NCBI GenBank assembly: GCA_965213705.1
Contig: OZ243913.1
Coordinates: 3,648,001 to 3,712,000 of the forward strand
Reading direction: 5' to 3'
Origin: Trueperaceae bacterium
Lineage (GTDB): Bacteria > Deinococcota > Deinococci > Deinococcales > Trueperaceae
Length of the DNA: 64,000 nucleotides
Under the pieces are notes generated by a model that saw only the letters and a program-made list of their open reading frames with translations, did no database searches and had not been told where the DNA came from. Positions 49,425-59,799 of the stretch are shown piece after piece. The number at the start of each line of letters is the position of its first letter. Positions within the stretch are counted from its first letter, which is position 1. Position numbers and translations under genes: made by a program.

Positions 49425-52154
49425 CTACTCGACCTGCAGCATCAGGCTGTCGCGTTGCTGCCCGCCCTCGAGCCGTATCCGCGCGTCCAAAATGAGGCAG
49501 CCCTGACCCGGCGCGAGCGCCTTGACCGGGTTGAACTCGAGTTCAACGATTTCGGGCAACTCTTCGACGAGCCGCGACACGCGTAAAAGTAAGTCTTCCA
49601 GGGCGGCGACGTCGGCCTCGGGCGAGCCGCGGTAGCCCTGCAGCAGGCGGTAACCGCGGACGCCCCTCACCATTTCGGCCGCGTCGCGGTCGGTCAGCGG
49701 CGTGATGCGAAACACGACGTCCCCCAAAATCTCGACGTGGACGCCGCCCAGACCGAACGAGAGGAGGGGGCCGAAGAGTTTGTCGAGCGTCACGCCGACC
49801 CTCACCTCGACGCCGCCCGGCACCATGCGCTGGACGAGGTAGCCCTCTAATTCGTCCAACTTGCCCCGCGCCTCGAGCCCTGCTGAAACTTCCGCACACG
49901 CCGCGCGCACCGCCGCCTCGTCGTCCAGCCCCAGCTTGACCCCGTCCCAGTCGGACTTATTTTGCAGGGTTCTCGAGGCCATCTTGACCACCACCGGGTA
50001 GCCTACCCGTTCGGCGGCGGTGACCGCCTCGTCGGGCGTCGCGGCCGTTTCTCCCGCGACCAGCGGCAGCCCGAACGCGCCCAGCACCTCTGCCACCTCG
50101 TCGGGCGACAGCCAACCGGCGGGCGCGCGGCGGCAAACGGCGCGCGCCGCGTCCACATCCAGCCCCCCAAAGTCCGGCGTGACGCCGAGCGGGGCGGCGC
50201 GCCAGGCCGCGTACCGGCGCACCCGAGCGAGCGCCCGCGCGGCCGCTTCGGGGAAGCGGTAGGTCGGGACGTGTTCGCCCGGCGGGGACAGCGCCGCGCC
50301 GACCTCCTCACTCGCCATGAAGCAGGCCAGGACGGGTTTGTCTATGCCTGCAACTCGAGCCGCCGCGACCGCCTCACGTACCGCTGCCGCCACCTGGTCG
50401 GTCTCGGCAGTTCCGACCGGGACGAAGATGACGAGCAGGGCGTGGTAAGTGGGATTCTTCAGCAGCGCTTCGAGCGCCTGGCGGTAGGCCGCCGCGTCCG
50501 CCATGACCGGCAGCGTGACCGGGTTGGGCGAGGCTTCGGCGGGCAAGTGCAAACCGGCGGCCTGGAGCGCGTCGGCGGCCAGCAGGGCCGGGCCGCGCGC
50601 GTTGGTCAGGATCCCGACGTTGTCGCCCCCAGGCAGGGCTTGGCCGGCGAACAGCCGCGCCACGTCGAACATCTCTTCCAGGGTTTCGGCGCGGACGATG
50701 CCCGCCTGGTGAAACAGCGCGCCGAGGGCCGTTTCGTCGGCGCTCAGCTTGTCGGCCTTTGTCTCGGTACGCCCAAAAGTTTCCGGAGGGAGCGAGCTGT
50801 GACCCACTTGCGAGCGTCCGGCCTTGACGACCAGGATCGGTTTTTCGCGGCCGATGCGCCGCGCCAGCCGCGCGAAGCGACGCGGGTTGCCGAAGGTTTC
50901 CAAGTACAGCAAAATCACGCGCGTGTCGGGGTCTTGTTCCCAGTATTGGATGAGGTCGTTGCCCGACACGTCCGCGCCGTTGCCGAGGCTGACGAAGCTC
51001 GAGAGCCCCAGTTCCAACCCCGCCGCCAAGTCCAACACCGCCAACCCCAGCGCGCCGCTCTGCGAAGCCAGCGCGACCGGGCCGTGGCCGGGAAAAGTAT
51101 GTGCGAAGCTGGCGTTCAGCCGCACCTCGGGGTGCGTGTTGAGGATTCCCAAACAGTTCGGCCCGACCACGCGCATCCCGTAGCCCCTCGCCGCAGCAAG
51201 CAGCGCGTCCTGGCGTTCCTTTCCGGCCGGCCCCGCCTCGGCGAAGCCCGCGCTGACCACGACCACCGAGCGCACGCCTTTTTGGCCGCAGTTTTCGACC
51301 GCCGCCACGACCTCCTCGGCAGGTACGACGACGACGGCCAAGTCGACAGGACCCGGCACCGCTTCAAGCGTGGCGTAGGCCGCGACCGAGCCGACGACCT
51401 CGGCGTGTCTGTTGACCGGATAGACGGGGCCGTTGAAGCGGTTCAAGACGAGTTCGCGCAAAATCCGGTAGCCGATACTGTCCGCGTCGCGCGACGCGCC
51501 CACCACCGCCACGGCGCGCGGTTCGAAAAAGGGCCGCAGCGAGGCGACCGTCGCCGCCCGCTCGCGCGCCTCGAAGCGTTTCACCATCTCGCGGCTGGGC
51601 GAAATCGAAAAACTCACGTCGACGTACCTACCGTCGCGCTCCTCTCGGACGGCGAAGCCGCTCTCCCGAAACAGCGCGCGCATCTGCCGGTTCGACGCCT
51701 CGGTCGGGCCGTAAAAGCGGCGGACGCCTTGCCGCCAGGCGACGAGTGCCAAGCGCTCCAACAGCAGCGTACCCAAACCCTTGCCCTGCACGCCGTCGGC
51801 GACGATAAAGGCGACCTCGGCCAGCTCGGCGTCGTCGGGACCGTCGCGGCTGTACTCGCCGTGCGCGACCACGCGCGGCTCGTTTGGCCCGCCCGTCACC
51901 ACAACGAGGGCCAAACGTTCGCCCGACGAGCCTTGTTTGAGCAGTTGCTCGGCGGCGGTTTCCAGCGACACCGTGCCGAAAAAGCGCCGCGCCCTCGCCT
52001 CGCTCGAGACGTGGCTTAGGAAATAGAGCAGCAGCGCCCGGTCGTCGCCCCGCACCGGGCGCAGCTCGGCGGTGCTGCCGTCTTTCAGGATAATTTGGCC
52101 CTCGGCCACAGCGCCCTGCGGCAAGGGGGAAGGGTAGTGCAGCGCGTCCGGCAT
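49425..52154 (-). CDS. GNAT / NDP-forming acyl-CoA synthetase fusion (Pat/YfiQ-like)
   Basis: N-terminal GNAT (QGKGLG), CoA-binding VVGAS and GPNCLG, SQSG, C-terminal ATP-grasp. Confidence 0.88.
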   Translation of the reverse strand: MPDALHYPSPLPQGAVAEGQIILKDGSTAELRPVRGDDRALLLYFLSHVSSEARARRFFGTVSLETAAEQLLKQGSSGERLALVVVTGGPNEPRVVAHGEYSRDGPDDAELAEVAFIVADGVQGKGLGTLLLERLALVAWRQGVRRFYGPTEASNRQMRALFRESGFAVREERDGRYVDVSFSISPSREMVKRFEARERAATVASLRPFFEPRAVAVVGASRDADSIGYRILRELVLNRFNGPVYPVNRHAEVVGSVAAYATLEAVPGPVDLAVVVVPAEEVVAAVENCGQKGVRSVVVVSAGFAEAGPAGKERQDALLAAARGYGMRVVGPNCLGILNTHPEVRLNASFAHTFPGHGPVALASQSGALGLAVLDLAAGLELGLSSFVSLGNGADVSGNDLIQYWEQDPDTRVILLYLETFGNPRRFARLARRIGREKPILVVKAGRSQVGHSSLPPETFGRTETKADKLSADETALGALFHQAGIVRAETLEEMFDVARLFAGQALPGGDNVGILTNARGPALLAADALQAAGLHLPAEASPNPVTLPVMADAAAYRQALEALLKNPTYHALLVIFVPVGTAETDQVAAAVREAVAAARVAGIDKPVLACFMASEEVGAALSPPGEHVPTYRFPEAAARALARVRRYAAWRAAPLGVTPDFGGLDVDAARAVCRRAPAGWLSPDEVAEVLGAFGLPLVAGETAATPDEAVTAAERVGYPVVVKMASRTLQNKSDWDGVKLGLDDEAAVRAACAEVSAGLEARGKLDELEGYLVQRMVPGGVEVRVGVTLDKLFGPLLSFGLGGVHVEILGDVVFRITPLTDRDAAEMVRGVRGYRLLQGYRGSPEADVAALEDLLLRVSRLVEELPEIVELEFNPVKALAPGQGCLILDARIRLEGGQQRDSLMLQVE

Positions 52155-52340
52155 CGTCGGTCCTTTCGGCGGTAGGCTTAGCAACTCGCAGCGGCAAGGG
52201 CGTGTTGCAGTCTTGCCAGTCTTTCAAACCTTAGCAGGGCGGCCCGCGCTTTACTGTGTGACGGTCTGGGCGGCGCGGCGACAATCTCAACAAAAAAAAC
52301 CACCGTTGGAGGGCGGTGGTCGTCGGGGGTCGAATTCGCT

Positions 52341-52541
52341 TCAGCGCAGTTGGATAAGGCGGTAAAAGCGCTTTCTCTCCTCCAAGGCCGGCGTGTTGAC
52401 GATGACGCCGTGGGGACCGTGCCACAGGTCTTGCTCGACGTCGTCCCGGGTCCAAACTTCGTTCATGACGGGTGTGTCGAGGACTTGAACTTGGTTGAGG
52501 GGCGGCGTCGCTCGCTGAGGGTGTACCGGAGTGAGGTTCAT
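52341..52541 (-). CDS. Small hypothetical protein
   Basis: 66-aa ATG ORF; no motif. Confidence 0.35.
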   Translation of the reverse strand: MNLTPVHPQRATPPLNQVQVLDTPVMNEVWTRDDVEQDLWHGPHGVIVNTPALEERKRFYRLIQLR

Positions 52542-52688
52542 GCCCCTACTAAACCAAAAAAGGTCTTACAGGATTCTTACCCCGTCGTGTCGACGACCCA
52601 AGTGTCGAGTTTTGTACAAAACCGGTGTCTGCACGGCATCTGCACGGCGAGCAGGTCGCCACGGCTCGAGCCCCTTTTGTAGCGCTCC

Positions 52689-52901
52689 TCAAAAGGCGTA
52701 GATGATGAAGATAATCGCCAAAATCGCGAACACCACGAGGGCGGAGATAAACGTCCAGGACATCACGTTTTTTTGTTCGGGCGCGTTATAAGCCTTGACG
52801 CCGGGTTGCTTTTCGACGTGCGCGTCGTCTTCACGCTCGGGTTTGGGAGCCGGGTTGTACTCCGGGCTGTGGTTGGGTTCGGGTCGTTTGCCTCGAGCCA
52901 T
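52689..52901 (-). CDS. Small membrane protein
   Basis: GGAG upstream; C-terminal TM helix. Confidence 0.6.
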   Translation of the reverse strand: MARGKRPEPNHSPEYNPAPKPEREDDAHVEKQPGVKAYNAPEQKNVMSWTFISALVVFAILAIIFIIYAF

Positions 52902-53061
52902 GATGGTTCTCCCTAAAGGTGCAGTATCTAAAGTGCGGTGCCTGAAACGTGTCTAGTTAGAGTGTGCCGCACGGCGGCCCGAGAGACTGTAAGTGAGGCA
53001 GCAAGTCGGCACAGGCTTCCGCAGTCTCCCATCACGCAGTCTCCCATCACGCAGTCTCCCG

Positions 53062-53733
53062 TCACTCTGAGGACCCGAGCGGACGCAACAACACCCGCAC
53101 CGGTGAGGCGTCGCCCGCCACAATTTTGAGCGGCAGGGCCAACATCTCAAAGCGCCCCTCTTCGGCGAAGCGCAGGTCCAGCCCTTCGATGACCCACACT
53201 CCCTCACTCAGCAGGACACGGTGCGTCTCGGTAGGCGCGTCGAAGGGGGCGACCGATAGATAGTCCACGCCGACGACCACGACTTTTTTGGAGACGAGGT
53301 AGCGGGCGGCGTCGGGTTGAAGCGCGACGTAAGCCTTGTCAAAAGGTGCGGCGGTCCAGTCTGCGGCCGAGTTCTTCGTCTTGAAAAACAAGCGCTCGCC
53401 CGCCTGCAACTCGCCCGCGCGCTCCTCGAAAGCGCGCACCTCGGTTTCGGTGATGGTACCGGCGTCCTCAAAATGGGCCACTCGAGCCGGCCCCATCATC
53501 GCGTCCAAGGGCGCGGCGGCAACGTCCGCGCCGCCCCTGATAAAGTGGCGCGGCGCGTCCATGTGCGTGCCCGTGTGCAAACTCAGGGAGAGTAGAGACA
53601 CGTTGGCCGTGTCACCTTCTTCCAAAGTGCTGAGCCGGCGCAGCGCCACGGGTGGCTGGCCGGGCCAAGACACCATGTCTTCAAAAATGGGATACGTCAC
53701 GTCCAACCAACCGCCGGGTGTGTTCATGGGCAC
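53062..53733 (-). CDS. Cyclase / kynurenine formamidase (KynB-like) metal hydrolase
   Basis: HTGTHMDAPRHF, GVDYLS, IEGL, GDASPVR. Confidence 0.9.
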   Translation of the reverse strand: MPMNTPGGWLDVTYPIFEDMVSWPGQPPVALRRLSTLEEGDTANVSLLSLSLHTGTHMDAPRHFIRGGADVAAAPLDAMMGPARVAHFEDAGTITETEVRAFEERAGELQAGERLFFKTKNSAADWTAAPFDKAYVALQPDAARYLVSKKVVVVGVDYLSVAPFDAPTETHRVLLSEGVWVIEGLDLRFAEEGRFEMLALPLKIVAGDASPVRVLLRPLGSSE

Positions 53734-53862
53734 GTCCTTAGACTTACATACTTAAGACTTAACATAGTGACACTTCTGCGACCCGACTGTTTTGACCCCA
53801 CTGTTCTCAAAACCGCTGAGCTTGCCCGTGTCAGCATGTACGCTGAGTTTTGGAGGTCGGTT

Positions 53863-54150
53863 ATGGCAACGCCCAGTATCAACGTGACGAACAACGAGTC
53901 CGAAAACCGGTTTGAGACGCAAGTCGAAGGCGACTTGGCTTTTGCCGCCTACACGCGGCGGGGCGACACCCTCACGTTCACCCACACCGAAGTGCCGGAC
54001 GACTTGCAAGGCCAAGGTATCGGCACCAAGTTGGTCCGCGGCGCGTTGGAGCAAGTGCGCGACGACGCGCTCAAGGTCGTCCCGCAGTGCCCGTTCGTCG
54101 CCGCGTTCATCGACGAGAACCCGGAATACCAGGCGCTGCTCGAGGGCTAG
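53863..54150 (+). CDS. Small GNAT (YjdJ-like)
   Basis: HTEVP..LQGQGIG..LV, VPQCPFV; GGAGG RBS. Confidence 0.88.
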   Translation: MATPSINVTNNESENRFETQVEGDLAFAAYTRRGDTLTFTHTEVPDDLQGQGIGTKLVRGALEQVRDDALKVVPQCPFVAAFIDENPEYQALLEG

Positions 54151-54231
54151 AGGTCACGCGCGAAGCGTTTTCGGTGTGCTACGTGACCCGAGTACCTGGA
54201 CTTGCCTTAAATTTTAAGGTATACTTCAAAC

Positions 54232-54510
54232 ATGTTAGCTCATCCCATTACCCAGACCGCGCTTTTGTTCGGCCTCGTCGTTGCTTCGGGTTTGCTGCTG
54301 ACGCTTGTTAACGACGTCCTTACAACGGCCAGTCGAGACCGCAAGTCGCGCCGGGCTTGGCACCAAGCCCTCGTCGTGGCGCCCGTACCCGTCCTGCCGG
54401 CAAGGGCAATCGCGGAACCGGACACACCCTTCAAAATCATTACAGTTAAAACCTCGAGCCAAACCCAACCTGCGCTCGACGTGCCGAACGACCTGCCCAA
54501 AGCGGCTTGA
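54232..54510 (+). CDS. Small hypothetical membrane protein
   Basis: N-terminal TM helix. Confidence 0.45.
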   Translation: MLAHPITQTALLFGLVVASGLLLTLVNDVLTTASRDRKSRRAWHQALVVAPVPVLPARAIAEPDTPFKIITVKTSSQTQPALDVPNDLPKAA

Positions 54511-54593
54511 GTCGGGTTCGACCCTAGCCCGAGGCCGCGTCCGGCGAACGCTTCGTCACCTTGCCTCTCACCAAAAGTCGCTATGCTGTGGAC

Positions 54594-55319
54594 ATGGCGA
54601 AGGCCCTAGAGTCCGTCCTCTCTTTTCTCGAACTCCTGGCGAGGAGTTTTTGGACTCAGCTGGGCCGTCCCGGCCTCGACCCTACCGGTTGGAACAGTCT
54701 GACCTGGAGCTTTGCGGTGTTCGTGGCGTTGCTGTTCGCTCTGGTCTTTCGTCTGCTGAGACGGCGCCGGGCGCGCGGCTTTCCGACCCCGGAACTCGTC
54801 GTTTCCAAGGGTGAGGTCGTGCAGCTCGAGAACAGCATCTTGCAACAGTTGAGCGTCAGGGTGGGCAACTTGGGCGACTACTCGGTGCAGTTGTTGGAAC
54901 TTACGCTCTCGAGCAGCGTCTTGCCGGAGCCCATACTGATAGAGGCCGTCGAACTGCTCCGCCCCCACACGGCGCGCGAACTCAAGGCGATTTTACCCAC
55001 AGACTTGGTCGGTGACGAGGCCGTTTTGAAAGCGTACGGCTACGTGGTGCGCAACAGCGAGCGCGTGTTCGAGCTGCGCGCGAACCTCACCTGGGAACCC
55101 CGGAACAAACGCTACAAGGTGTCCCCGCTCGGACAAACGTTACGCCCCGCCCGCAAGCTTGATGCCCGCCTGGACGAACTGCGCAAACGCGCCTGGCTCG
55201 AGTACAACCCGAACACGCGACCCGCCCGAGCCGCCGTCCAACCGAGCCCACCCGAGCCGCCGGACGAACGCCGGGCCGTCGCCAAAAAGGCCGAACTGGA
55301 GTTTCCCAACGAGTTCTAG
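54594..55319 (+). CDS. Hypothetical membrane-anchored protein
   Basis: One TM helix followed by RRRR and a soluble domain. Confidence 0.6.
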   Translation: MAKALESVLSFLELLARSFWTQLGRPGLDPTGWNSLTWSFAVFVALLFALVFRLLRRRRARGFPTPELVVSKGEVVQLENSILQQLSVRVGNLGDYSVQLLELTLSSSVLPEPILIEAVELLRPHTARELKAILPTDLVGDEAVLKAYGYVVRNSERVFELRANLTWEPRNKRYKVSPLGQTLRPARKLDARLDELRKRAWLEYNPNTRPARAAVQPSPPEPPDERRAVAKKAELEFPNEF

Positions 55320-55359
55320 GCGGCTCGGCTGGGCAAGGGGTTGGAGTCGCTAAGAGCTT

Positions 55360-55677
55360 GTGACCAACCCTGCCGCACACACAAAAGCCTGGCTCTTCTT
55401 GGCAGTTGCTTCGGCCGCAAGGACCGCGCCCGCCGGTGTCGACGCCGTCTCTCGGCACGCCGACTTTGTCGACCACAGCGTACCCACGGACGGTGAGCTT
55501 GCGGACACCTTGCCTTACCTCATTGCCTCGGGTTTGATAACGCGGCGACAAAGCGAGTACACCCTGACCGAGGCGGGTCTCGAGCTTTACCGGCGAGCGT
55601 CGTCAGGGGCTGGCAACCTTCGCGACACGCTCGCAGAACTGACCGCAACCTTTTCCGGCGCGTCACGCGAGGCCTGA
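55360..55677 (+). CDS. Small hypothetical protein, possibly winged-helix
   Basis: LIASGLI....YTLTEAG pattern. Confidence 0.5.
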   Translation: MTNPAAHTKAWLFLAVASAARTAPAGVDAVSRHADFVDHSVPTDGELADTLPYLIASGLITRRQSEYTLTEAGLELYRRASSGAGNLRDTLAELTATFSGASREA

Positions 55678-55824
55678 CTCGCCCAGACGCCGCTCGAGCC
55701 CTTCCGAGGTTTTCACAAAGCGTCTCGTGAGTCTCGGTCGGGCTGGACGAAGCCAAGAGGCCTGAGTGGACTACTGCATCTCTGCTACTCCAGCTCTACT
55801 AACCCCAACTCTACTAACCCCAGT

Positions 55825-56406
55825 TCACTCCAACGCCAACTCGAACGCCGGGGACGCCATACCCTCCGCGGCCGGCACCACGAGCAGGGTCAAACCTCGT
55901 TCGGATGGACCCATTACAAAACCGACCACGCCCTGCACGTTGCCGCCGGGTGCGAGCGTCACGTCTGTTAAGGGCGTCGCGCCGAGCCGGGCCACGTCGC
56001 CGGGCAGGACCGGTGCCACGGTTTTCTGGCGGGGCACCTTGATACCCAACAGCACACCGTCAGGACGGGCGAAGGGTCGAAAGGGTACGGAGGCGTCACC
56101 GTGATTCTCGAGCCGCAGCGTGACGAGCAAAAAGGTTTGTCCCGGGTGCGCCCGCGCCCTCGAGCTGAGCCGCAGGTCTACTAAGTCCCGCGCCGCCACA
56201 AACTCCGTTTTGACGACGCGCAAGCTCAGTCCCGCCTTTTCGGCACTTTGCCCAGGCAAAGCCACCGCCCTGTCCACGGGCAAACCCACCACGACTTCGG
56301 ACCAGGGGCGTGCGGCAGGACGTGAGAGCCGGTTGACCACGAGCACCCCACCCAACACCACGGCGAACATGCCGAGGTAGGTGAGGAGCAAGCGCAGGAC
56401 CTTCAC
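55825..56406 (-). CDS. Membrane-anchored Ig-like protein (DUF4352-like)
   Basis: N-terminal TM; FLLVTLRLENHG and LAPGGNVQGVVGF. Confidence 0.6.
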   Translation of the reverse strand: MKVLRLLLTYLGMFAVVLGGVLVVNRLSRPAARPWSEVVVGLPVDRAVALPGQSAEKAGLSLRVVKTEFVAARDLVDLRLSSRARAHPGQTFLLVTLRLENHGDASVPFRPFARPDGVLLGIKVPRQKTVAPVLPGDVARLGATPLTDVTLAPGGNVQGVVGFVMGPSERGLTLLVVPAAEGMASPAFELALE

Positions 56407-56566
56407 GGCTTCAGTTTAGCGAAGTCCGGATGTGTCGAGGGTTGGCCGGGGCGTCCGCTTGAAGTGAACGTGAGCGAGACACGCTTCTCGAGGCCGTCCA
56501 TCACCTCTTTGCGCGCACGGTTTGACGCGCACGGTATGCTTTCACCATGACTTTAGAGTGGGCACC

Positions 56567-57673
56567 ATGAAACTGGAACGGGTCGAACTGCGAGAGTTGG
56601 ACGTGCGCTTGCGCTTTCGGTTTGAAACGAGCTTCGGAGTTGAGCAAAGTTTGCGAAAAACGCTCCTCGTCCTGCACGGCGAGGGGCTGGAAGGCTACGG
56701 CGAGGCGACCGCGAACAACACGCCGGGCTACAGCTACGAGACCGCCGACACCGTGTGGACGGCGCTGACCCAGTACATCCTGCCGCTGGTGATGGGTAAA
56801 GACTACGCCACGCCCGCCCAACTGCTGCACGATTTACGCTTCGTCCGCGGCCACAACATGGCGGTGGCGACCGTGGAGACGGCGCTGTGGGACTTGCAAG
56901 CCAAGGCGGCCGGAATGCCGCTGTGGACGCTCCTCGGGGGCCTGCGCACGGCGCACCCGGTGGGCGCGTCGCTTGGCATTCAAAAAAGCGTCGCCGAGAC
57001 GGTCGACATCGCCCAGAAACACGTCGAACAGGGCTACAAACGCCTCAAGTTCAAAATCAAACCGGGTTGGGACGTCGCGCCTTTGCGGGCGGTGCGTGAA
57101 GCGTTGCCGGACACGCCCCTCACCGTCGACGCCAACAGCGCCTACAAACTCACCGACGCGCGGACGTTTCAAGACCTCGACGCGCTCGGCCTCGAGTACA
57201 TCGAACAACCTCTCGCCCACGACGACCTCGTCGACCACGCCAAACTCCAGGCGATGCTGGCAACGCCGCTTTGTTTGGACGAGTCCATTCACTCGCCCGA
57301 GGACGCCCGCAAGGGGTTGCAACTGGACGCGGGCCGGATTATCAACGTCAAGGTGGGGCGGGTGCGCGGGCACTTGCTGGCGCGGCGCGTCCACGACGTG
57401 GCGGTCAGTTTCGGCGCGCCGGTGTGGTGCGGCGGCATGTTGGAACTCGGCGTGGGCCGGGCGCACAACTTGCACCTCAGTTCGCTGGAAGGCTTCAGCC
57501 TGCCCGGCGACACCGCCAGCGCCAGCCGCTACTGGGAAGAGGACGTTACGAACGAGTGGTTGGACGCCGACGACGGCGTCCAGCACGTCCCCGCAGGTCC
57601 CGGCATAGGCGTGACGCTGAAGCGCGACTTTATCGACAAGGTCACCGTGCGCAAAGAGACTGTTACCTCTTGA
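56567..57673 (+). CDS. menC: o-succinylbenzoate synthase / N-acylamino acid racemase (enolase superfamily)
   Basis: FETSFG, KFKIKPG, VDANSAY, IEQP, LDES, WCGGMLE, PGD.SAS.RY. Confidence 0.88.
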   Translation: MKLERVELRELDVRLRFRFETSFGVEQSLRKTLLVLHGEGLEGYGEATANNTPGYSYETADTVWTALTQYILPLVMGKDYATPAQLLHDLRFVRGHNMAVATVETALWDLQAKAAGMPLWTLLGGLRTAHPVGASLGIQKSVAETVDIAQKHVEQGYKRLKFKIKPGWDVAPLRAVREALPDTPLTVDANSAYKLTDARTFQDLDALGLEYIEQPLAHDDLVDHAKLQAMLATPLCLDESIHSPEDARKGLQLDAGRIINVKVGRVRGHLLARRVHDVAVSFGAPVWCGGMLELGVGRAHNLHLSSLEGFSLPGDTASASRYWEEDVTNEWLDADDGVQHVPAGPGIGVTLKRDFIDKVTVRKETVTS

Positions 57674-57689
57674 GACCGGCAGGCACGCC

Positions 57690-58277
57690 TTGAGGTTGGC
57701 GGGCAAACGCGCGGTGCTGCGCGACTGGCGCTTGACGGACCTGGACACCTGGGCCGAGTGGCTGAAACCGGGCCACCGCTGGCAAGACCTCGACGCTCCT
57801 TACTACCCCAAACCGCCTGCGAGCTACGTCGTTGAACGCAAGCTCGAGCTGAAAACCCAAGTCGCCGCCGACAAGTGGCCCAACCCCAGACACGAACTCG
57901 TCATCGCCGACCGGGCGAGCGACCGTTTGCTGGGCCTCGTCACCTGGGCGTGGGAAAGCCGCGAAACGCACTGGCCCTCGGCGGGCGTCGTCATCTTCGA
58001 CGACGCCTACTGGAACCGGGGCGTCGGTTTCGAGGCGTTGGGTTTGTGGACGGACTACCTGTTTGAAAGCCTGCCCGACATCGTCCGTATGGACCTGCGC
58101 ACCTGGTCGGGCAATGCGGGCATGATGCGGCTGGCCGAAAAGCTAGGCTACAAGCTCGAGGCCGTGTTCCGCAACGCTCGCGTCGTGGAGGGCGTGTATT
58201 ACGACGGCCTGGGTTACGGCGCGCTGCGCGAGGAGTGGCGGGAGCTGTACCCGCGGGGCTTTCTCGAGGCCCTATAG
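57690..58277 (+). CDS. RimJ/RimL-type GNAT
   Basis: YWNRGVG, TWSGN..MMRLAEKLG, YG.LREEW. Confidence 0.85.
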   Translation: MRLAGKRAVLRDWRLTDLDTWAEWLKPGHRWQDLDAPYYPKPPASYVVERKLELKTQVAADKWPNPRHELVIADRASDRLLGLVTWAWESRETHWPSAGVVIFDDAYWNRGVGFEALGLWTDYLFESLPDIVRMDLRTWSGNAGMMRLAEKLGYKLEAVFRNARVVEGVYYDGLGYGALREEWRELYPRGFLEAL

Positions 58278-58398
58278 GTTGTGGCGAGAATGACACTTCT
58301 TTAGTCTGCATTCTTCTGGTCTGCACCCCTCCGCCAGTTCTAGCCTTAAGGGTGCGCGGTCACTGGGCCACCCGTTCCGACACTGTATCCTGGACACC

Positions 58399-58977
58399 AT
58401 GCCTCGCCCGCTGAGTTTCGACCCGGACACCGTCCTCGACCAGGTCGTCCAGCTTTTTTGGGAGCAGGGCTACCGCGCGACCTCGGTGCAGGACCTGGTC
58501 ACCGCGACCGGGCTCAACCGCTCGAGCCTCTACCACCATTTCGGCGGCAAGGACGACCTGTTTGCGGCGGCGCTGCAGCACTACGTCACGCACTACAGCG
58601 CCGAGCGGCTCGCGGCGTTGCAGCGAGGGTCGGTCAGGGAGGCTTTCCGCGCTTACTTCGATGACCTGGTCAGCTTCTCGAGCGGTGTGGGCAAGGGCCT
58701 GGGCTGTCTTCTCACCAACACCGCCGCCGAAGTCGCGCCGCACGACGCGCGCACCCGCGCCACCCTCGCAGACCGCTTCGCAGACACTCGCAACGTCTTC
58801 GAAGCACTTTTGAACCGTGGACAGGCCGAGGGCGAAGTCGGAACTGACAAAGACACCAAGGCGCTCGCCAACTTTTTTCTCGGCACCGTGCAGGGCATTC
58901 GGGTGCTGGCGCGAGCCGGGGCGGACGCCGCGACCCTGCGCGACATCGCAGCGACGGCTGTGAGCGTGCTCGAGTAA
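58399..58977 (+). CDS. TetR-family regulator
   Basis: FWEQGYRATSVQDLV..TGLNRSSLYHHFGGK; GCLL.N. Confidence 0.92.
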   Translation: MPRPLSFDPDTVLDQVVQLFWEQGYRATSVQDLVTATGLNRSSLYHHFGGKDDLFAAALQHYVTHYSAERLAALQRGSVREAFRAYFDDLVSFSSGVGKGLGCLLTNTAAEVAPHDARTRATLADRFADTRNVFEALLNRGQAEGEVGTDKDTKALANFFLGTVQGIRVLARAGADAATLRDIAATAVSVLE

Positions 58978-59070
58978 CCCGGCCAGCCCCTGTGCCGGGT
59001 ATGTCGAGTGCGCGACACGTTTTGGAACAACCGTTTCATAACATGGCACAAGCCTGAAGGAGGCCAAAGT

Positions 59071-59634
59071 ATGGACATTCAGCCCCTTGTTCCCCGCCAA
59101 AAAGTCCCCAAACTTAGTGTGCCGACGGTGGGCGGCGCGACCTGGACGCTTGCCGAGCAGACCCCGAAAAACTTCACCCTGCTGGTTTTTTACCGCGGCC
59201 TGCATTGCCCCGTGTGCCGGAGCTACCTGCGCGACTTGCAAGCGCACTTGGAAGCTTTCAAGGGCTTGGGCGTCGAGGTTTTGGCGCTCAGCAGCGATAC
59301 ACAGGAGCGGGCCGAGCAAACCAGAAAAGATTGGCAGCTCGGCGAGCTGACGCTTGCCTACGGCCTCGAGCTGAGCGCGGCGCGGCAGTGGGGCCTGTAC
59401 GTCTCGACAAGCCGGGGCAAAACCTCGACCGGCGTGGTCGAGCCCGACCTGTTCAGCGAGCCCGCCCTGTACCTAGTAAAGCCCGACGGCACGCTGTACT
59501 TCGGCGCGGTGCAAACAATGCCCTTTGCGCGGCCCCACTTCGACGACGTCGTGGGCGCTGTAAAGTTTGTCCTCGAGAAAGACTACCCCGCCCGCGGCGA
59601 GGTTACCGACCTGCCCGAACTGCAGTCCGCTTAG
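59071..59634 (+). CDS. Peroxiredoxin-like AhpC/TSA protein
   Basis: FYRGLHCPVC, FSEP, MPFARP, YPARG; GGAGG RBS. Confidence 0.9.
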   Translation: MDIQPLVPRQKVPKLSVPTVGGATWTLAEQTPKNFTLLVFYRGLHCPVCRSYLRDLQAHLEAFKGLGVEVLALSSDTQERAEQTRKDWQLGELTLAYGLELSAARQWGLYVSTSRGKTSTGVVEPDLFSEPALYLVKPDGTLYFGAVQTMPFARPHFDDVVGAVKFVLEKDYPARGEVTDLPELQSA

Positions 59635-59799
59635 CGGTTCCGTCGCGACCGCTCTCTCGGCCTACCGGGGTTGGCTGTCAACGTCGCTGCAACGTCGACA
59701 GTTCAAGCCGAACGTTTTTATCGGCAAACTCCGGCTGTAAATACTGGTCATGAGTAACAAAACTCTTTCGGTATGAGACGAGAAAGAGTGGCTAACCCG

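Noticed and set aside
24351..52019. Long antisense ORFs such as 24351..25577, 27862..29208 and 49962..52019
   Set aside because: They shadow well-supported genes on the opposite strand in GC-rich DNA and show no motifs.
2833..55822. Short 12-15 bp tandem duplications (about 2833, 29070, 30790, 53021, 55794)
   Set aside because: Unrelated sequences with 2-3 copies each; most simply slippage events.
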